A stretch of DNA of 61,023 bases, filler included. It is 5 parts of 5 records of this genome, joined end to end, with 100 filler letters (N's around TTAATTAATTAA, not from the genome) between each part and the next. Parts side by side here need not be neighbours in the genome. Positions count along the whole stretch, not along the records: positions 45,337 to 54,101 come from SRR31156797_12787; positions 54,202 to 61,023 come from SRR31156797_12807; 3 more parts are not named here. One strand, 5' to 3'. Made by a program: the position numbers and the translations under genes. Positions 50,132-59,634 of the stretch are shown here, in pieces. Below the pieces are notes generated by a model. It was not told the origin of the DNA and searched no databases. It saw only the letters and a list, made by a program, of their open reading frames with translations. Each line of letters begins with the position of its first letter. Position 1 is the first letter of the stretch.

Positions 50132-50970
50132 CTTGCCCTCCTGACGCGCGAGATCTCTGCGCTCACTCCGAGGGTGATCAGCGCCAACGCCAGCGGCCAG
50201 GCGAGATCGATCCAGTCCCAGACCACCCGACCGGAGGCAGCGCGGACCAGATCGGCAAGAGGAGTCACCGCCGACAGGCGGCCAACGACCTGTTCGGTCC
50301 CGACCACGCCCGCCTTAAGGTAGATTTGGATAAGGCTCAGGTTTTGTGGCAGGGCCGTCTCCAACACCGCCAGGACAATTTCATAGGCAGCCAACGCGCC
50401 GACGACGATCAAAAAGGCGAGCACCGATGCCCGTACATGACTGAAGAAGCACGCGATCAGTAAGCCCAGCGCCATCATCGGCAACATGGCGGGCACGATC
50501 GCGGCCAGAGAAACAATGTCCTGCCAGCGGACGACGCCACCGCCAAGCGGTTGCCCAAGCATCAGAAACAGCGCGTAGATGACAAAAATCAGCAGGAGCA
50601 CCACCAATTCGCCCGCGAACTTGGCAAGCAGCACCGCACGTGCGCCGACCGGGGTGACGAGAAGCACTTCCAGCGTCTGATGCTCGCGCTCCCAGCTCAT
50701 GCTGGCAGCGAGCCGAAGCCCCAAAACCAGAGCGAGAAATACCACGATCGTCGCATTTAGCGTTGCCAGCGGATTGGACGACACAAGTACGGTCTCGGTT
50801 TCGAAACTGCTCTGGAACGAAGCCCCGTAGACCATGGCGATCGCACAGGCCGCGGTCGTCATCACGTACATCCAGAATGAGCCCAGCCGCGCGGCGAGCT
50901 CCCGTCCGACCAGCACGGCAAAGCCATGAAGGGTACCGGGAAGAGCGCGGTTCTGGTGCCCGAGAGCCAT
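50128..50970 (-). CDS. ABC-2 type permease
   Basis: REL, WEREHQTLEVLLVTPV, LLAKF; start placed at a TGATG overlap. Confidence 0.85.
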   Translation of the reverse strand: MALGHQNRALPGTLHGFAVLVGRELAARLGSFWMYVMTTAACAIAMVYGASFQSSFETETVLVSSNPLATLNATIVVFLALVLGLRLAASMSWEREHQTLEVLLVTPVGARAVLLAKFAGELVVLLLIFVIYALFLMLGQPLGGGVVRWQDIVSLAAIVPAMLPMMALGLLIACFFSHVRASVLAFLIVVGALAAYEIVLAVLETALPQNLSLIQIYLKAGVVGTEQVVGRLSAVTPLADLVRAASGRVVWDWIDLAWPLALALITLGVSAEISRVRRAR

Positions 50971-51758
50971 CACATCACCGTTCGGATTAGCCCGCCGTCG
51001 ATCCGAAGCGCCGCTCCGTTGACGATGGAGGCGCGGTCGCTTCCGAGAAAGGCCACGAAGTCCGCGACTTCGTCGGGAAGGCTCAGGCGCTGGATAAGCG
51101 AGGTGGGACGGTTTTCGACAACGAAGCGCCGCTCCGCCTCGGTCGTTTCCACGCCGGGGTACAGCCCGGCGATGAGCTTGGCCACGCCCTCGGTACGGCA
51201 CGGGCCCGGCAACACGGAATTGATGGTGACGTTGGTCCCCTTGGTGGTTTCCGCCATATTGCGCGCCACTGACATCTGCATGGTCTTGGTCGTGCTGTAT
51301 GCGGGCAGTTCGGGCGCCGGATTGATGCCGGATTCGCTGGCCATGAAGATGACCCGGCCGGCATTACGTTCCAGCATTTTTGGAACGTAATGGCGCGCCA
51401 GACGAACACAACTCATGACATTGGTTTCAAACAGTTCGGTCCAGTGCTCGTCACCGACCTTATAAATGTCGGCCGCCTCGTAGATGCCGAGATTGAGTAC
51501 CAGCACATCCACATCCGGACAGGCGGCGATGATCTGCTCACAGCCCTCGGCCGTAGCACTGTTGCCGGCGGCGGCGCCGACACGGCCGTCCGGCACCTGT
51601 TCGTGCAGCTGCGTCACCGTCGCGGCGACCCTTTCGGCCGATCGGCCGTTGACGACCACGTCGCCTCCTTCCCGCGCCATGGTGCGGGCGATCGCAAAAC
51701 CGAGGCCGCCCGTCGAGGCGGTGACGAGGCATCGCTTGTTCTTGTACCCAAGTTCCAC
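50970..51758 (-). CDS. Short-chain dehydrogenase/reductase
   Basis: TASTGGLG, YSTTK catalytic motif, NSVLPG, IDGG. Confidence 0.92.
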   Translation of the reverse strand: MELGYKNKRCLVTASTGGLGFAIARTMAREGGDVVVNGRSAERVAATVTQLHEQVPDGRVGAAAGNSATAEGCEQIIAACPDVDVLVLNLGIYEAADIYKVGDEHWTELFETNVMSCVRLARHYVPKMLERNAGRVIFMASESGINPAPELPAYSTTKTMQMSVARNMAETTKGTNVTINSVLPGPCRTEGVAKLIAGLYPGVETTEAERRFVVENRPTSLIQRLSLPDEVADFVAFLGSDRASIVNGAALRIDGGLIRTVM

Positions 51759-51807
51759 TTCATCCTCCCTTCGTGCCGGGCCGGCTTTGCCCCCCGACCC
51801 GGCGCGT

Positions 51808-52755
51808 TCAGTCTTGTGTCAGTTCCACGAACAGCTGTTCGAGCGAATGCGGCGCACCCACCGAAACCGGGGTCACACCCTTTGCCAACAGTTTCCGGAC
51901 AAGATCCGCCCGCATTTTGCGATCCGGCGTGTCCGAATCAGCGTTGATTTCGACCGTCAACTCGTAGGTGGACTTGACGTGAACCGCTTCAACGCCTCTA
52001 CACTCGGCCACCCGCTTCTTCATCAGTTCGGCCGGTTCCTCCATTTCCAGTTCGAGCACGCGCCGGCCGAGCCTTGCCGCCTGAACCCCCGCCGCCGGTC
52101 CGTCCGCAATCACCCGCCCGTGGTTGATGAATATCACCCGGTCGATGATCCTCTCGAGCTCGGAGAGCTGGTGCGAGGACAGCATGAGCGTCACCCCGTC
52201 GCGCTTGAGCTCGAGAAATATGTCGCGCATGTCGATGACACCGCGCGGGTCGAGGCCGAGCGTCGGTTCGTCGAGCAGCAGAAACTGCGGTTCGTGCAGT
52301 AGGCAACGCGCCAGGCAGACGCGCTGTTGCATGCCGCGCGAAAACGTGCCGAGCGGCCGACGGCCGATATCGGACAATCCGACCCGATCGAGGGTGCGGG
52401 CCATGGATTTTTCGTCGTAGGGCAGGCCGTAGAGGCGGGCGAAAAACGACAGGTAACCCGGCGCGCTCATTTCGGGATAGACCCGGGGCTTTTCCTGCAG
52501 ATAGCTGATCTGCGCACGGATATCGCGGCGCAGGAAACCGTTGGCGACGCCGAACAGTTCGACCGTGCCGGCGTCCGGCGTCAGCAATCCCGCGACCAAG
52601 CGCATGACGGTGGTCTTTCCGGCGCCGTTCGGCCCGAGAAATCCAACGATCTCGCCGAAGGCGATATCCAGGTCCACACCATGCACCACCTTCTTGCGGC
52701 CAAAGGATTTCTCCATTCCGCGCGCTTTGAGCACTGGTGTGAGAGATTTCAACAT
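51808..52755 (-). CDS. ABC-2 type ATP-binding protein
   Basis: GPNGAGKT, FSRGMQQR, LDEPTLGLDP, SSH; start placed at a TGATG overlap. Confidence 0.9.
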   Translation of the reverse strand: MLKSLTPVLKARGMEKSFGRKKVVHGVDLDIAFGEIVGFLGPNGAGKTTVMRLVAGLLTPDAGTVELFGVANGFLRRDIRAQISYLQEKPRVYPEMSAPGYLSFFARLYGLPYDEKSMARTLDRVGLSDIGRRPLGTFSRGMQQRVCLARCLLHEPQFLLLDEPTLGLDPRGVIDMRDIFLELKRDGVTLMLSSHQLSELERIIDRVIFINHGRVIADGPAAGVQAARLGRRVLELEMEEPAELMKKRVAECRGVEAVHVKSTYELTVEINADSDTPDRKMRADLVRKLLAKGVTPVSVGAPHSLEQLFVELTQD

Positions 52756-52997
52756 CAGTACGGCAACGGCGTGAAATACAGACGAATGAGATTGAACACG
52801 ATCATCAGCACCGCCGATGCCAGGAAAAACTCCATCGGCCAGGCCAGCAGCTTGATGCGGTCGTTGCCCAGCTTCATGCCGACAATCGCCGCGACAACCA
52901 GCGTCGACGTGAACGGCGGCGGTGGCCCGCCTTCGATGGCGGCACATCCGCCAAGCAGGATGATCACGATAATGGCCAATCCGAAAAAACGCCTCAT
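52755..52997 (-). CDS. Small (80 aa) membrane protein
   Basis: Hydrophobic segments; start and stop overlap both neighbours; AAGGAG RBS. Confidence 0.7.
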   Translation of the reverse strand: MRRFFGLAIIVIILLGGCAAIEGGPPPPFTSTLVVAAIVGMKLGNDRIKLLAWPMEFFLASAVLMIVFNLIRLYFTPLPY

Positions 52998-54100
52998 AGA
53001 TTAGCTCCTTCGAGCTCTACGCTCTTCTTCACCGGCCTACGCACGCTTTCGTTGGAACTCGCCGGTGCAAAAGCGATCGTGTGCCCGTCGTCGGGGTCGA
53101 ACAGGTAGATCCAGTTCGGGTCGAACCCCAGCCAGAACCGCTCCCCCGGTTCCTTGTTCAAATGCCGCGTTTCCTCGGTCGACGTACGGGTACTGATTTC
53201 GACGTCATTGCTGAGGAACACATAAAGGTTCTCCGACCCAGTCGGTTCGAACGCCATCAGCGATCCGGGCACCGGATGGTCGGCATCAGGCTTGTCACCG
53301 ACGAGCAGGTGCTCCGGCCGCGTGCCGAGCCGTACGCGTTCGCCCGCTCGGTCGAACAGCCGGTTCTCGGCGACCCAATCCGCGTCGAGCGAAATGTCGA
53401 CGTCCCCGAAGCGGGCGACCAGGCGATCTTCGACGGCGGTGAGCAGCACGTCGATCACGTTCATCTGCGGCTCGCCGACGAAGGTGGCGACAAACTCGTT
53501 GTCGGGACGTTCAAACACCTGTCGCGGCGTTGCGAACTGCAACATTTCACCGTCCCGCATGACCATGATGCGATCGGCCATGGTCATCGCTTCAAGCTGG
53601 TCGTGCGTCACAAATATCGTCGTTACGCCGATCTTTTTCTGCAGGTGCCGCAGTTCCGCGCGCATCTGTCCGCGCAGCTGGGCGTCCAGATGCGACATCG
53701 GTTCGTCCATCAGGAAGATGTCGGCGTCGCGTACAAGCATGCGCGAGATGGCGACGCGTTGCAGCTGACCGGCAGACAACTGATCCGGCTTGCGCAACAG
53801 GACGTCTGAAATCTGCATCAAATCGGCAACCTCGCCGACCTTCTGCGTAATCTCGGCCTTGGACAGCTTTCGCACCCTAAGCGGATAGGCGATGTTCTCG
53901 CGTACGGTCATGTGCCGGTATAGGCCGTAGTCCTGAAACACCATGCCGACATTTCTGTGGCGCGGCCGTAGATAGGTGACGTTGCGACCGCCGATCCATA
54001 TTTTGCCCTCGGTCGGCATTTCGAGCCCGGCGATCATGCGCAGGGTCGTGGTCTTGCCGCACCCGGAGGGGCCGAGCAGGAAGACGAACTCGCCATCCTC
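52994..54100 (-). CDS. Sugar ABC importer ATPase (MalK/UgpC-like; 5' truncated)
   Basis: GPSGCGKT in the open frame upstream of the track ORF, LSAGQ, MDEP, VTHDQLEAMT, TOBE-like tail. Confidence 0.92.
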   Translation of the reverse strand, partial: EDGEFVFLLGPSGCGKTTTLRMIAGLEMPTEGKIWIGGRNVTYLRPRHRNVGMVFQDYGLYRHMTVRENIAYPLRVRKLSKAEITQKVGEVADLMQISDVLLRKPDQLSAGQLQRVAISRMLVRDADIFLMDEPMSHLDAQLRGQMRAELRHLQKKIGVTTIFVTHDQLEAMTMADRIMVMRDGEMLQFATPRQVFERPDNEFVATFVGEPQMNVIDVLLTAVEDRLVARFGDVDISLDADWVAENRLFDRAGERVRLGTRPEHLLVGDKPDADHPVPGSLMAFEPTGSENLYVFLSNDVEISTRTSTEETRHLNKEPGERFWLGFDPNWIYLFDPDDGHTIAFAPASSNESVRRPVKKSVELEGANL

Positions 54101-54101
54101 G

Positions 54102-54201
54102 NNNNNNNNNNNNNNNNNNNNNNNNNNNNNNNNNNNNNNNNNNNNTTAATTAATTAANNNNNNNNNNNNNNNNNNNNNNNNNNNNNNNNNNNNNNNNNNN
54201 N
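54102..54201. other. Artificial contig linker
   Basis: N-run with TTAATTAATTAA. Confidence 0.98.
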
Positions 54202-56613
54202 AATGAAAACAATAATTCGGCCTTTATCAATTCCCTGAACCTGGGCGGCTCGTTTCCCGTTGACAATAATAGTTTTGCCCTGGATTTTGAGGGGTTCTGG
54301 TTTGATAATTCAACATCAGCCACCTCCGGCCGGATTACCGTATCCCCAATCGGCTCTTTTCCGGGCAGTGCCGCCCCGGGATTATCAGGATATCTCCAGA
54401 TTCCCGTATCCGGCAGTTCCGCAGTCGTTCCCTATTCAAATACCAGTCTTTCAGGCGCAAACTTGAGCTTTATTTTTTCCGGCGGTAATCAAACCTATGC
54501 CTCCGGGGATGTATTTCCCGCCTGCCTGGCCATTTCCCAGACCGTTACGGCCAGTGAACTGGGGGCGGATCCGGATCTGACCAATGATGTGATCACTGCC
54601 ACCAATTCGGCCCATCTGGCCCTCTTCCCCGATGTCAACGGGATCATCAGTTTTACAGATCCCGCAGGCAACGACCATATCATGGTATACAGGAGAAAAA
54701 CCGGGGCCAGCCTCACCGGCCTTCAATACCCTAAAGGGGTGGCCTTTTCCGGAATCACCATCAACAGTGCCACCCCCGTGGTCCTCGGAAAACACGCCGT
54801 TATCACCAGCACCGGCACCGCCGGCACCGGCAGTCTTCAGTCCACCCAGACCATACGGCTCCACCAGCCCCTTTCCTCTGTTGAATTGTTCAAGAAAATA
54901 CAGGGGGGAATTGATTTTGATCCCGGGGACGCCGGGAAAATCGAGTCCAAATTAGGGACCCATGCCATTGACGACGGCACCCTGAAGGTGACCAGCACCG
55001 ACCAGACCTATTCCTATACCAATTATACCAGCGACGGGGATACAGGCCCGGTTCTCCACAATGAAAGTTTGGCAGTGGTAAACTGGGATAATGATTATTT
55101 TGAAACCGACTTTTTAAAAACCATCTGGGAAAAATCAGATCATAAACTCAGCTACGATCTCCAGGCCAAGGTAAAATTCACCGAGGCCGAGGATGATACC
55201 ACAAATCAGCCGGTAAACCATCCGGGCAGCTATATGCCCGGCCTCTCCTTCAGGGTAAGATCCCCCAAATCAGGAAGTTTCGGCCAGGCCACCTATTACG
55301 GCCTCTCTTTTTTAAGGGGGATAAAAGGAGTGGAGCAGCATGAGGAGAGTTCCGGGAGCGGATGTAACAACTCCACCACCTATTGGTATACGGAGAACGA
55401 CGATATCACGGATAATTTTTTTAATAACCACGGCTCAAACGCCGTGGCCGACGATCCGGATACCTGCCCGGGTTCAAGTTATAATCCTTCCAACTGGAAT
55501 GATGATCCCCCCCTTGACGGCATTCCCTATATCATGCTCTGGCAGAAGGATGTGAGCACCGATGCCGCCGGCAATCCCGTCAATACCGGGGGCTGCGGAG
55601 GGGGAGCCGACTATTCTCCCTGGGAATGGCTGGCCTATACCCCCCTGGTTGAGGTGGAGCGGGTCAAAATTTATTATTATCATAATTCCTGGCATGATAT
55701 TTCTCTGTTTTACGAAGGGCCGTTGACCGGGGATCATGGTATGGGAGGAATAGACGGTGAATTCTGGGCCTGGAAGCTCAAGGATAAATACGGAATTCTG
55801 GGAATCACTAGCCTGGAAGGGCTTGATATCCTGGGATCCCCCGGCCCTTCGGGGCTGATCATACGGAATCCTTCCGGCCACCAGGACAGGAACAACCCGG
55901 GGCCGCCGGTCAACCGCTTCGGCTCTGAAACCTGTCCTGTGGGATATATCCTTCCCCCCTCATTTACCGAGCAAAGCAAATCCACCTATAATTATAAAAT
56001 TTATATCAAGCCATGGGCCACCATCATGGTCAGGGTCTATGAAATGGAAGGGGATCTGGACTGTAATCCCGGGACCGGTGATGCCTCGGGAAATGAGCGG
56101 ATCAACGCCATTGCGGCATTTTTTGCAGATCCAGACGGGCAATCCGGGTCCCTGGGCTATCCCAAGGACGGCATCAGATTACCCCATCCCCAGGGCACGG
56201 TGAAGTGGACCTCCAGCGGGGATTATTTTACCCAGGTTGTCTGGAAGGGGCTCAGGGATGACGGCAGCTATAATCCTGTTTTTGACAGTGAAACCGGATA
56301 TACCAGCCGGGTCATTGATAATCCCCAGAACTACGGGTGCCTCATTGAAAGTTTTGACTATATAAAAACCGTGGAAAAGGGAAAGGACAGCCAGGGGGAC
56401 AATGTGGTGGTCTATACCCCTTCGTTTACCACCGAAGGGTATTTCCGGGATTCCAACGATTATGATGTTTCGGAATTCGGCCTCCACACCCTTGGGGTGA
56501 ACGGGGAAAGCTCGGACGAGAATCATAAGGAAGTGGCATATTTTGACGATTTTTACTGGCAGCTCTGGGAAGGCGGGCAGTCAGGGCTTTTTCCCGGCAT
56601 CCAGGAGCAATAG
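54202..56613 (+). CDS. Large extracellular hypothetical protein (at least 803 aa, 5' truncated)
   Basis: Frame open from 54202; rich in G/S/T/N/D with scattered Cys; ends YFDDF...PGIQEQ. Confidence 0.8.
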   Translation, partial: NENNNSAFINSLNLGGSFPVDNNSFALDFEGFWFDNSTSATSGRITVSPIGSFPGSAAPGLSGYLQIPVSGSSAVVPYSNTSLSGANLSFIFSGGNQTYASGDVFPACLAISQTVTASELGADPDLTNDVITATNSAHLALFPDVNGIISFTDPAGNDHIMVYRRKTGASLTGLQYPKGVAFSGITINSATPVVLGKHAVITSTGTAGTGSLQSTQTIRLHQPLSSVELFKKIQGGIDFDPGDAGKIESKLGTHAIDDGTLKVTSTDQTYSYTNYTSDGDTGPVLHNESLAVVNWDNDYFETDFLKTIWEKSDHKLSYDLQAKVKFTEAEDDTTNQPVNHPGSYMPGLSFRVRSPKSGSFGQATYYGLSFLRGIKGVEQHEESSGSGCNNSTTYWYTENDDITDNFFNNHGSNAVADDPDTCPGSSYNPSNWNDDPPLDGIPYIMLWQKDVSTDAAGNPVNTGGCGGGADYSPWEWLAYTPLVEVERVKIYYYHNSWHDISLFYEGPLTGDHGMGGIDGEFWAWKLKDKYGILGITSLEGLDILGSPGPSGLIIRNPSGHQDRNNPGPPVNRFGSETCPVGYILPPSFTEQSKSTYNYKIYIKPWATIMVRVYEMEGDLDCNPGTGDASGNERINAIAAFFADPDGQSGSLGYPKDGIRLPHPQGTVKWTSSGDYFTQVVWKGLRDDGSYNPVFDSETGYTSRVIDNPQNYGCLIESFDYIKTVEKGKDSQGDNVVVYTPSFTTEGYFRDSNDYDVSEFGLHTLGVNGESSDENHKEVAYFDDFYWQLWEGGQSGLFPGIQEQ

Positions 56614-57203
56614 AGGGAAAAGAGTTTTAAGGAGAGCCAGAAAGCTATAAATCCTGCCAGAATATCAATTGCATAATGCTGCTTGCAGGTCAGGGTGGTG
56701 ACAATGATCATGGCGCCCCAGGAGCAGTAAAACCAGGGTCTGGGCTTGTTCCAGCTGTATTTTATTGCCGTAAGGCTGAGGATGGTATGGAGGCTGGGAA
56801 AGCAATTATTGGGTTCATCAAACCAGATCCAGAATTCATAGAACATCTCGGTAACAGGGCCGGAAAAATAATATTGCTCCCGGGGAAATGAAACGGGAAA
56901 AAAGATAAAAAATCCGGCGGCAATGAAAAGCTGGATATGGGTGAGTATGAAGATTTCCCTGACTTCCTCATCGGTTCTGCTTCTGTGAATCACCAGAAAG
57001 GTGTAGACCAGATAACTGACATAGACCGGAATGGTCCAGGGCAGAAAGGGGATGGCCCGGTCAAGGGCCGTCATGCCAAGGCTCCTGGGCTCAACAATGT
57101 GGAACTGGTTTGTCCCGAGGTAGACAAGGATAAAGGGGAGCCAGAGAAGATAATAGCTTAAAAAATATTTCTGCTTTTTTATTTTTAAAACTTCAAACTT
57201 CAT
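56553..57203 (-). CDS. PAP2-superfamily membrane protein (AUR1/IPC synthase-like)
   Basis: DEPNNCFPSLH, KQHYAID; start overlaps the Lgt-like stop (TAATG). Confidence 0.85.
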   Translation of the reverse strand: MKFEVLKIKKQKYFLSYYLLWLPFILVYLGTNQFHIVEPRSLGMTALDRAIPFLPWTIPVYVSYLVYTFLVIHRSRTDEEVREIFILTHIQLFIAAGFFIFFPVSFPREQYYFSGPVTEMFYEFWIWFDEPNNCFPSLHTILSLTAIKYSWNKPRPWFYCSWGAMIIVTTLTCKQHYAIDILAGFIAFWLSLKLFSLYCSWMPGKSPDCPPSQSCQ

Positions 57204-58039
57204 TATTCTGCTTTTTTCAGTTTCAAGGCTGCATACCACAGGGCGGCAGATGAAAATATAAACAGGGATATCCATTGGGATGCTGATATCCCCACCCAGT
57301 ATGCCCTGTCCATATCATCCCTTAAAAATTCAATGAGAAATCTGAAAATTGCATAGTAGAGCAGGTATTTGAAAAAGAGCAGTCTCCTTTGCCCCTCCCT
57401 ATAGGATTTCCAGCAAAAAAAGGTGAGGCCGAAAAGAACAGCGGCTGAAACGGCCTGGGTGGGAATCACCGGCAAGGATGGGGGAGGAACGAATCCATGG
57501 GTGAGTCCCCTCCGCATATGCTCAATGGAAGCGGCCGAGCCCATGGGAAAGGATATGCCGAAAAGATCCGACCGGATGCCGTAGCAGCATCCGTTTGCAA
57601 AGCAGCCCAGCCGGGCAAAGGCCACGATGAAAAAGAGGATAAAGCTTTTCCGGTTCAGGTAGTCGAAAAATTCCTGTTTCATAATGGTTTGGGATACAAT
57701 GAAAATCCCCACCGGATAAAAGAAAATGGCTCCGTATAAAACCTTGATGGTGCCCAGAAGGTCGGTGAAAAGAATGTCCTTCCATGTGAGCCTGTCCCAG
57801 AGTCTTGCCGGGATATTGTCAAAGATATAGTGGAAATAATTGGCCCCCTGAATACAGATGATCACCACTATGAAATAGGCCATTGAAGACAAAAAAACGG
57901 TTTTAAGGTTTATCCGTTGATTTGTACAATCATAGATATGTTTTTCCGACCCCACAAAGAATACCCAGCCGATGAGGATACCGGCCAGATACGCCAGATA
58001 ATAGGTACCGATGGTGCCAAACGCTATAGACCGCAGCAT
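57203..58039 (-). CDS. Prolipoprotein diacylglyceryl transferase (Lgt)-family paralog
   Basis: ARLGCFANGCCYG, PTQ, RFLIEFLRDD, SQWIS. Confidence 0.82.
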   Translation of the reverse strand: MLRSIAFGTIGTYYLAYLAGILIGWVFFVGSEKHIYDCTNQRINLKTVFLSSMAYFIVVIICIQGANYFHYIFDNIPARLWDRLTWKDILFTDLLGTIKVLYGAIFFYPVGIFIVSQTIMKQEFFDYLNRKSFILFFIVAFARLGCFANGCCYGIRSDLFGISFPMGSAASIEHMRRGLTHGFVPPPSLPVIPTQAVSAAVLFGLTFFCWKSYREGQRRLLFFKYLLYYAIFRFLIEFLRDDMDRAYWVGISASQWISLFIFSSAALWYAALKLKKAE

Positions 58040-58184
58040 GGTGTGACCCCTTTAGCCTGAAATTCGTGTAAAAAGAGCGCCCTAAAATTTAAAACCATAT
58101 AGAATTCAAATATTTAGGCTAAAAAAATATGGGTATATATATCATAAAATAAACAGTGTTCACAGTAATTAAACCGATATTTTA

Positions 58185-58820
58185 TTACAGGAGTGAGAAA
58201 AATATTTCCCCTGCATACAAAAGGGTATTTCCTGTGGAATGAATGATAAAAGGGGCTGCCAGGCTTTTTGACCGCTCAAAGGCTGTGGCAAAGATAAGGC
58301 CTCCAACAAAGGGGATGAAAAAATACGGAAATCCGGCTCCGTGGCAGAGGCTGAAAATCATGGCGCTGGAAACCAGGGCAAAGGCTCGGTTGAAGGGTCT
58401 CAGCCGGGCATAGACCAAACCCCGGAAAAAGAGTTCCTCGGCCAAGGGGGCCGAAACCGAGGCGGTGATTAAAAGAATGAGGCGGTCCGGAGCCGGGGTA
58501 AAAAAACCGGAAATTGAATATCCCGACAATATCATGGGGGCGGCAATAAGTCCTGTGACCAGCCCCATGGCAAGGGACCAGGTGAGGCCGGTTTTAATGC
58601 CGGCACCAAGGGCCGGGCCTGAAAAGCCCAGGCGCCGGATACCGCCCGGGCTTTTCAGGAAAATCAGGATCAGGGCTGCGGCCTGGGCCGGCCGGGCCAG
58701 GGCAAGGCCGGTTGAGGCATCGGGCACCAGGAGGACGGCCCCTTCGATGAACAGCACCGCAGCAATACTGAGAAGTACAGGGACTGGGGGCCGGTCCGGG
58801 GGCAGATCATTCAATAACAA
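58185..58820 (-). CDS. CPBP (CAAX/Abi) intramembrane glutamic protease
   Basis: EELFFRG, FSLCH, IHSTGN motifs. Confidence 0.9.
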   Translation of the reverse strand: MLLNDLPPDRPPVPVLLSIAAVLFIEGAVLLVPDASTGLALARPAQAAALILIFLKSPGGIRRLGFSGPALGAGIKTGLTWSLAMGLVTGLIAAPMILSGYSISGFFTPAPDRLILLITASVSAPLAEELFFRGLVYARLRPFNRAFALVSSAMIFSLCHGAGFPYFFIPFVGGLIFATAFERSKSLAAPFIIHSTGNTLLYAGEIFFSLL

Positions 58821-59511
58821 TCACCCCGTTTTTGTCTTTGCGGATGCTCAGCTTTTTGGATTTGGTCCGTTTTTTTTCAAAAAACGGCTTAACCGGCACG
58901 GCAAAGTTGAGGTTCTGCCCCTTTACCATCTGAAAGGTGGCCACCCCTGCCACCTTCCCCTCCATGGTCAGAACAGGACCCCCGGATGATCCCGGGGAGA
59001 TGGGGGCGGAGATCTGGAGGACCCTGCCAAAGCCCGGGAGTTTCCGCCAGGCCGAGACAATCCCTTCGGTGACGGTCTGTTCGAGCCCCATGGGGCTGCC
59101 CACCACCAGGATGTTTTCCCCGGACACCGGGGGGGCCGGGGCAGGTTCCAGAAAAGGGGTGGGTTTCGGGGCATGGGTCTTTGCTTTTACAATATCTGAT
59201 TTTTCGTCCCTGGAGATGACGGCGCCCACCGGGTATTTTTTACCGGACATGGTCTTGATTTCAGCCCTGTGGTTTTTCAACAGCACATGGCTGTTGGTCA
59301 TTATATTTCCCTGGTCGTCATAAAAGAAGCCCGAGCCGACGGCGGCAAGCTTCCCGCTGAAATTATAGACCAGGATGGTCACCACCTTGGGCCTGATTTC
59401 AGCGGTCAGGGCCGAATAGCCGGAAGCAGCGGCCCAGGGGGCCGTGGAAAAAACCGTAATACTAATACAAAATACAAGCCGGAGTATGGATACGCATTTA
59501 TGAGGTTTCAT
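58807..59511 (-). CDS. Secreted trypsin-like S1 serine protease without PDZ domain
   Basis: Signal peptide, GSGFF, TNSHV, ISPGSSGGP, NLNFAVP. Confidence 0.9.
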   Translation of the reverse strand: MKPHKCVSILRLVFCISITVFSTAPWAAASGYSALTAEIRPKVVTILVYNFSGKLAAVGSGFFYDDQGNIMTNSHVLLKNHRAEIKTMSGKKYPVGAVISRDEKSDIVKAKTHAPKPTPFLEPAPAPPVSGENILVVGSPMGLEQTVTEGIVSAWRKLPGFGRVLQISAPISPGSSGGPVLTMEGKVAGVATFQMVKGQNLNFAVPVKPFFEKKRTKSKKLSIRKDKNGVIVIE

Positions 59512-59634
59512 ATAAATGTTTTACCATGTTTTACCAGGCATTAACAATGGAAAAACAAAGGAAATACACCGGCTTAATCCTGACTGGGAAATAAAATTTT
59601 CGCAGTAAACCAATGGGTCTTTTAAGGAGATTTG

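Noticed and set aside
33140..53809. Long antisense or overlapping ORFs (e.g. 33140-34462, 35877-36929, 41381-42406, 47349-48122, 53081-53809)
   Set aside because: Shadow ORFs opposite well-supported genes in GC-rich DNA
22363..54201. Four identical TTAATTAATTAA motifs in N-runs, and any gene associations across them
   Set aside because: Artificial concatenation linkers; the flanking contigs differ in composition and genes are truncated at the edges
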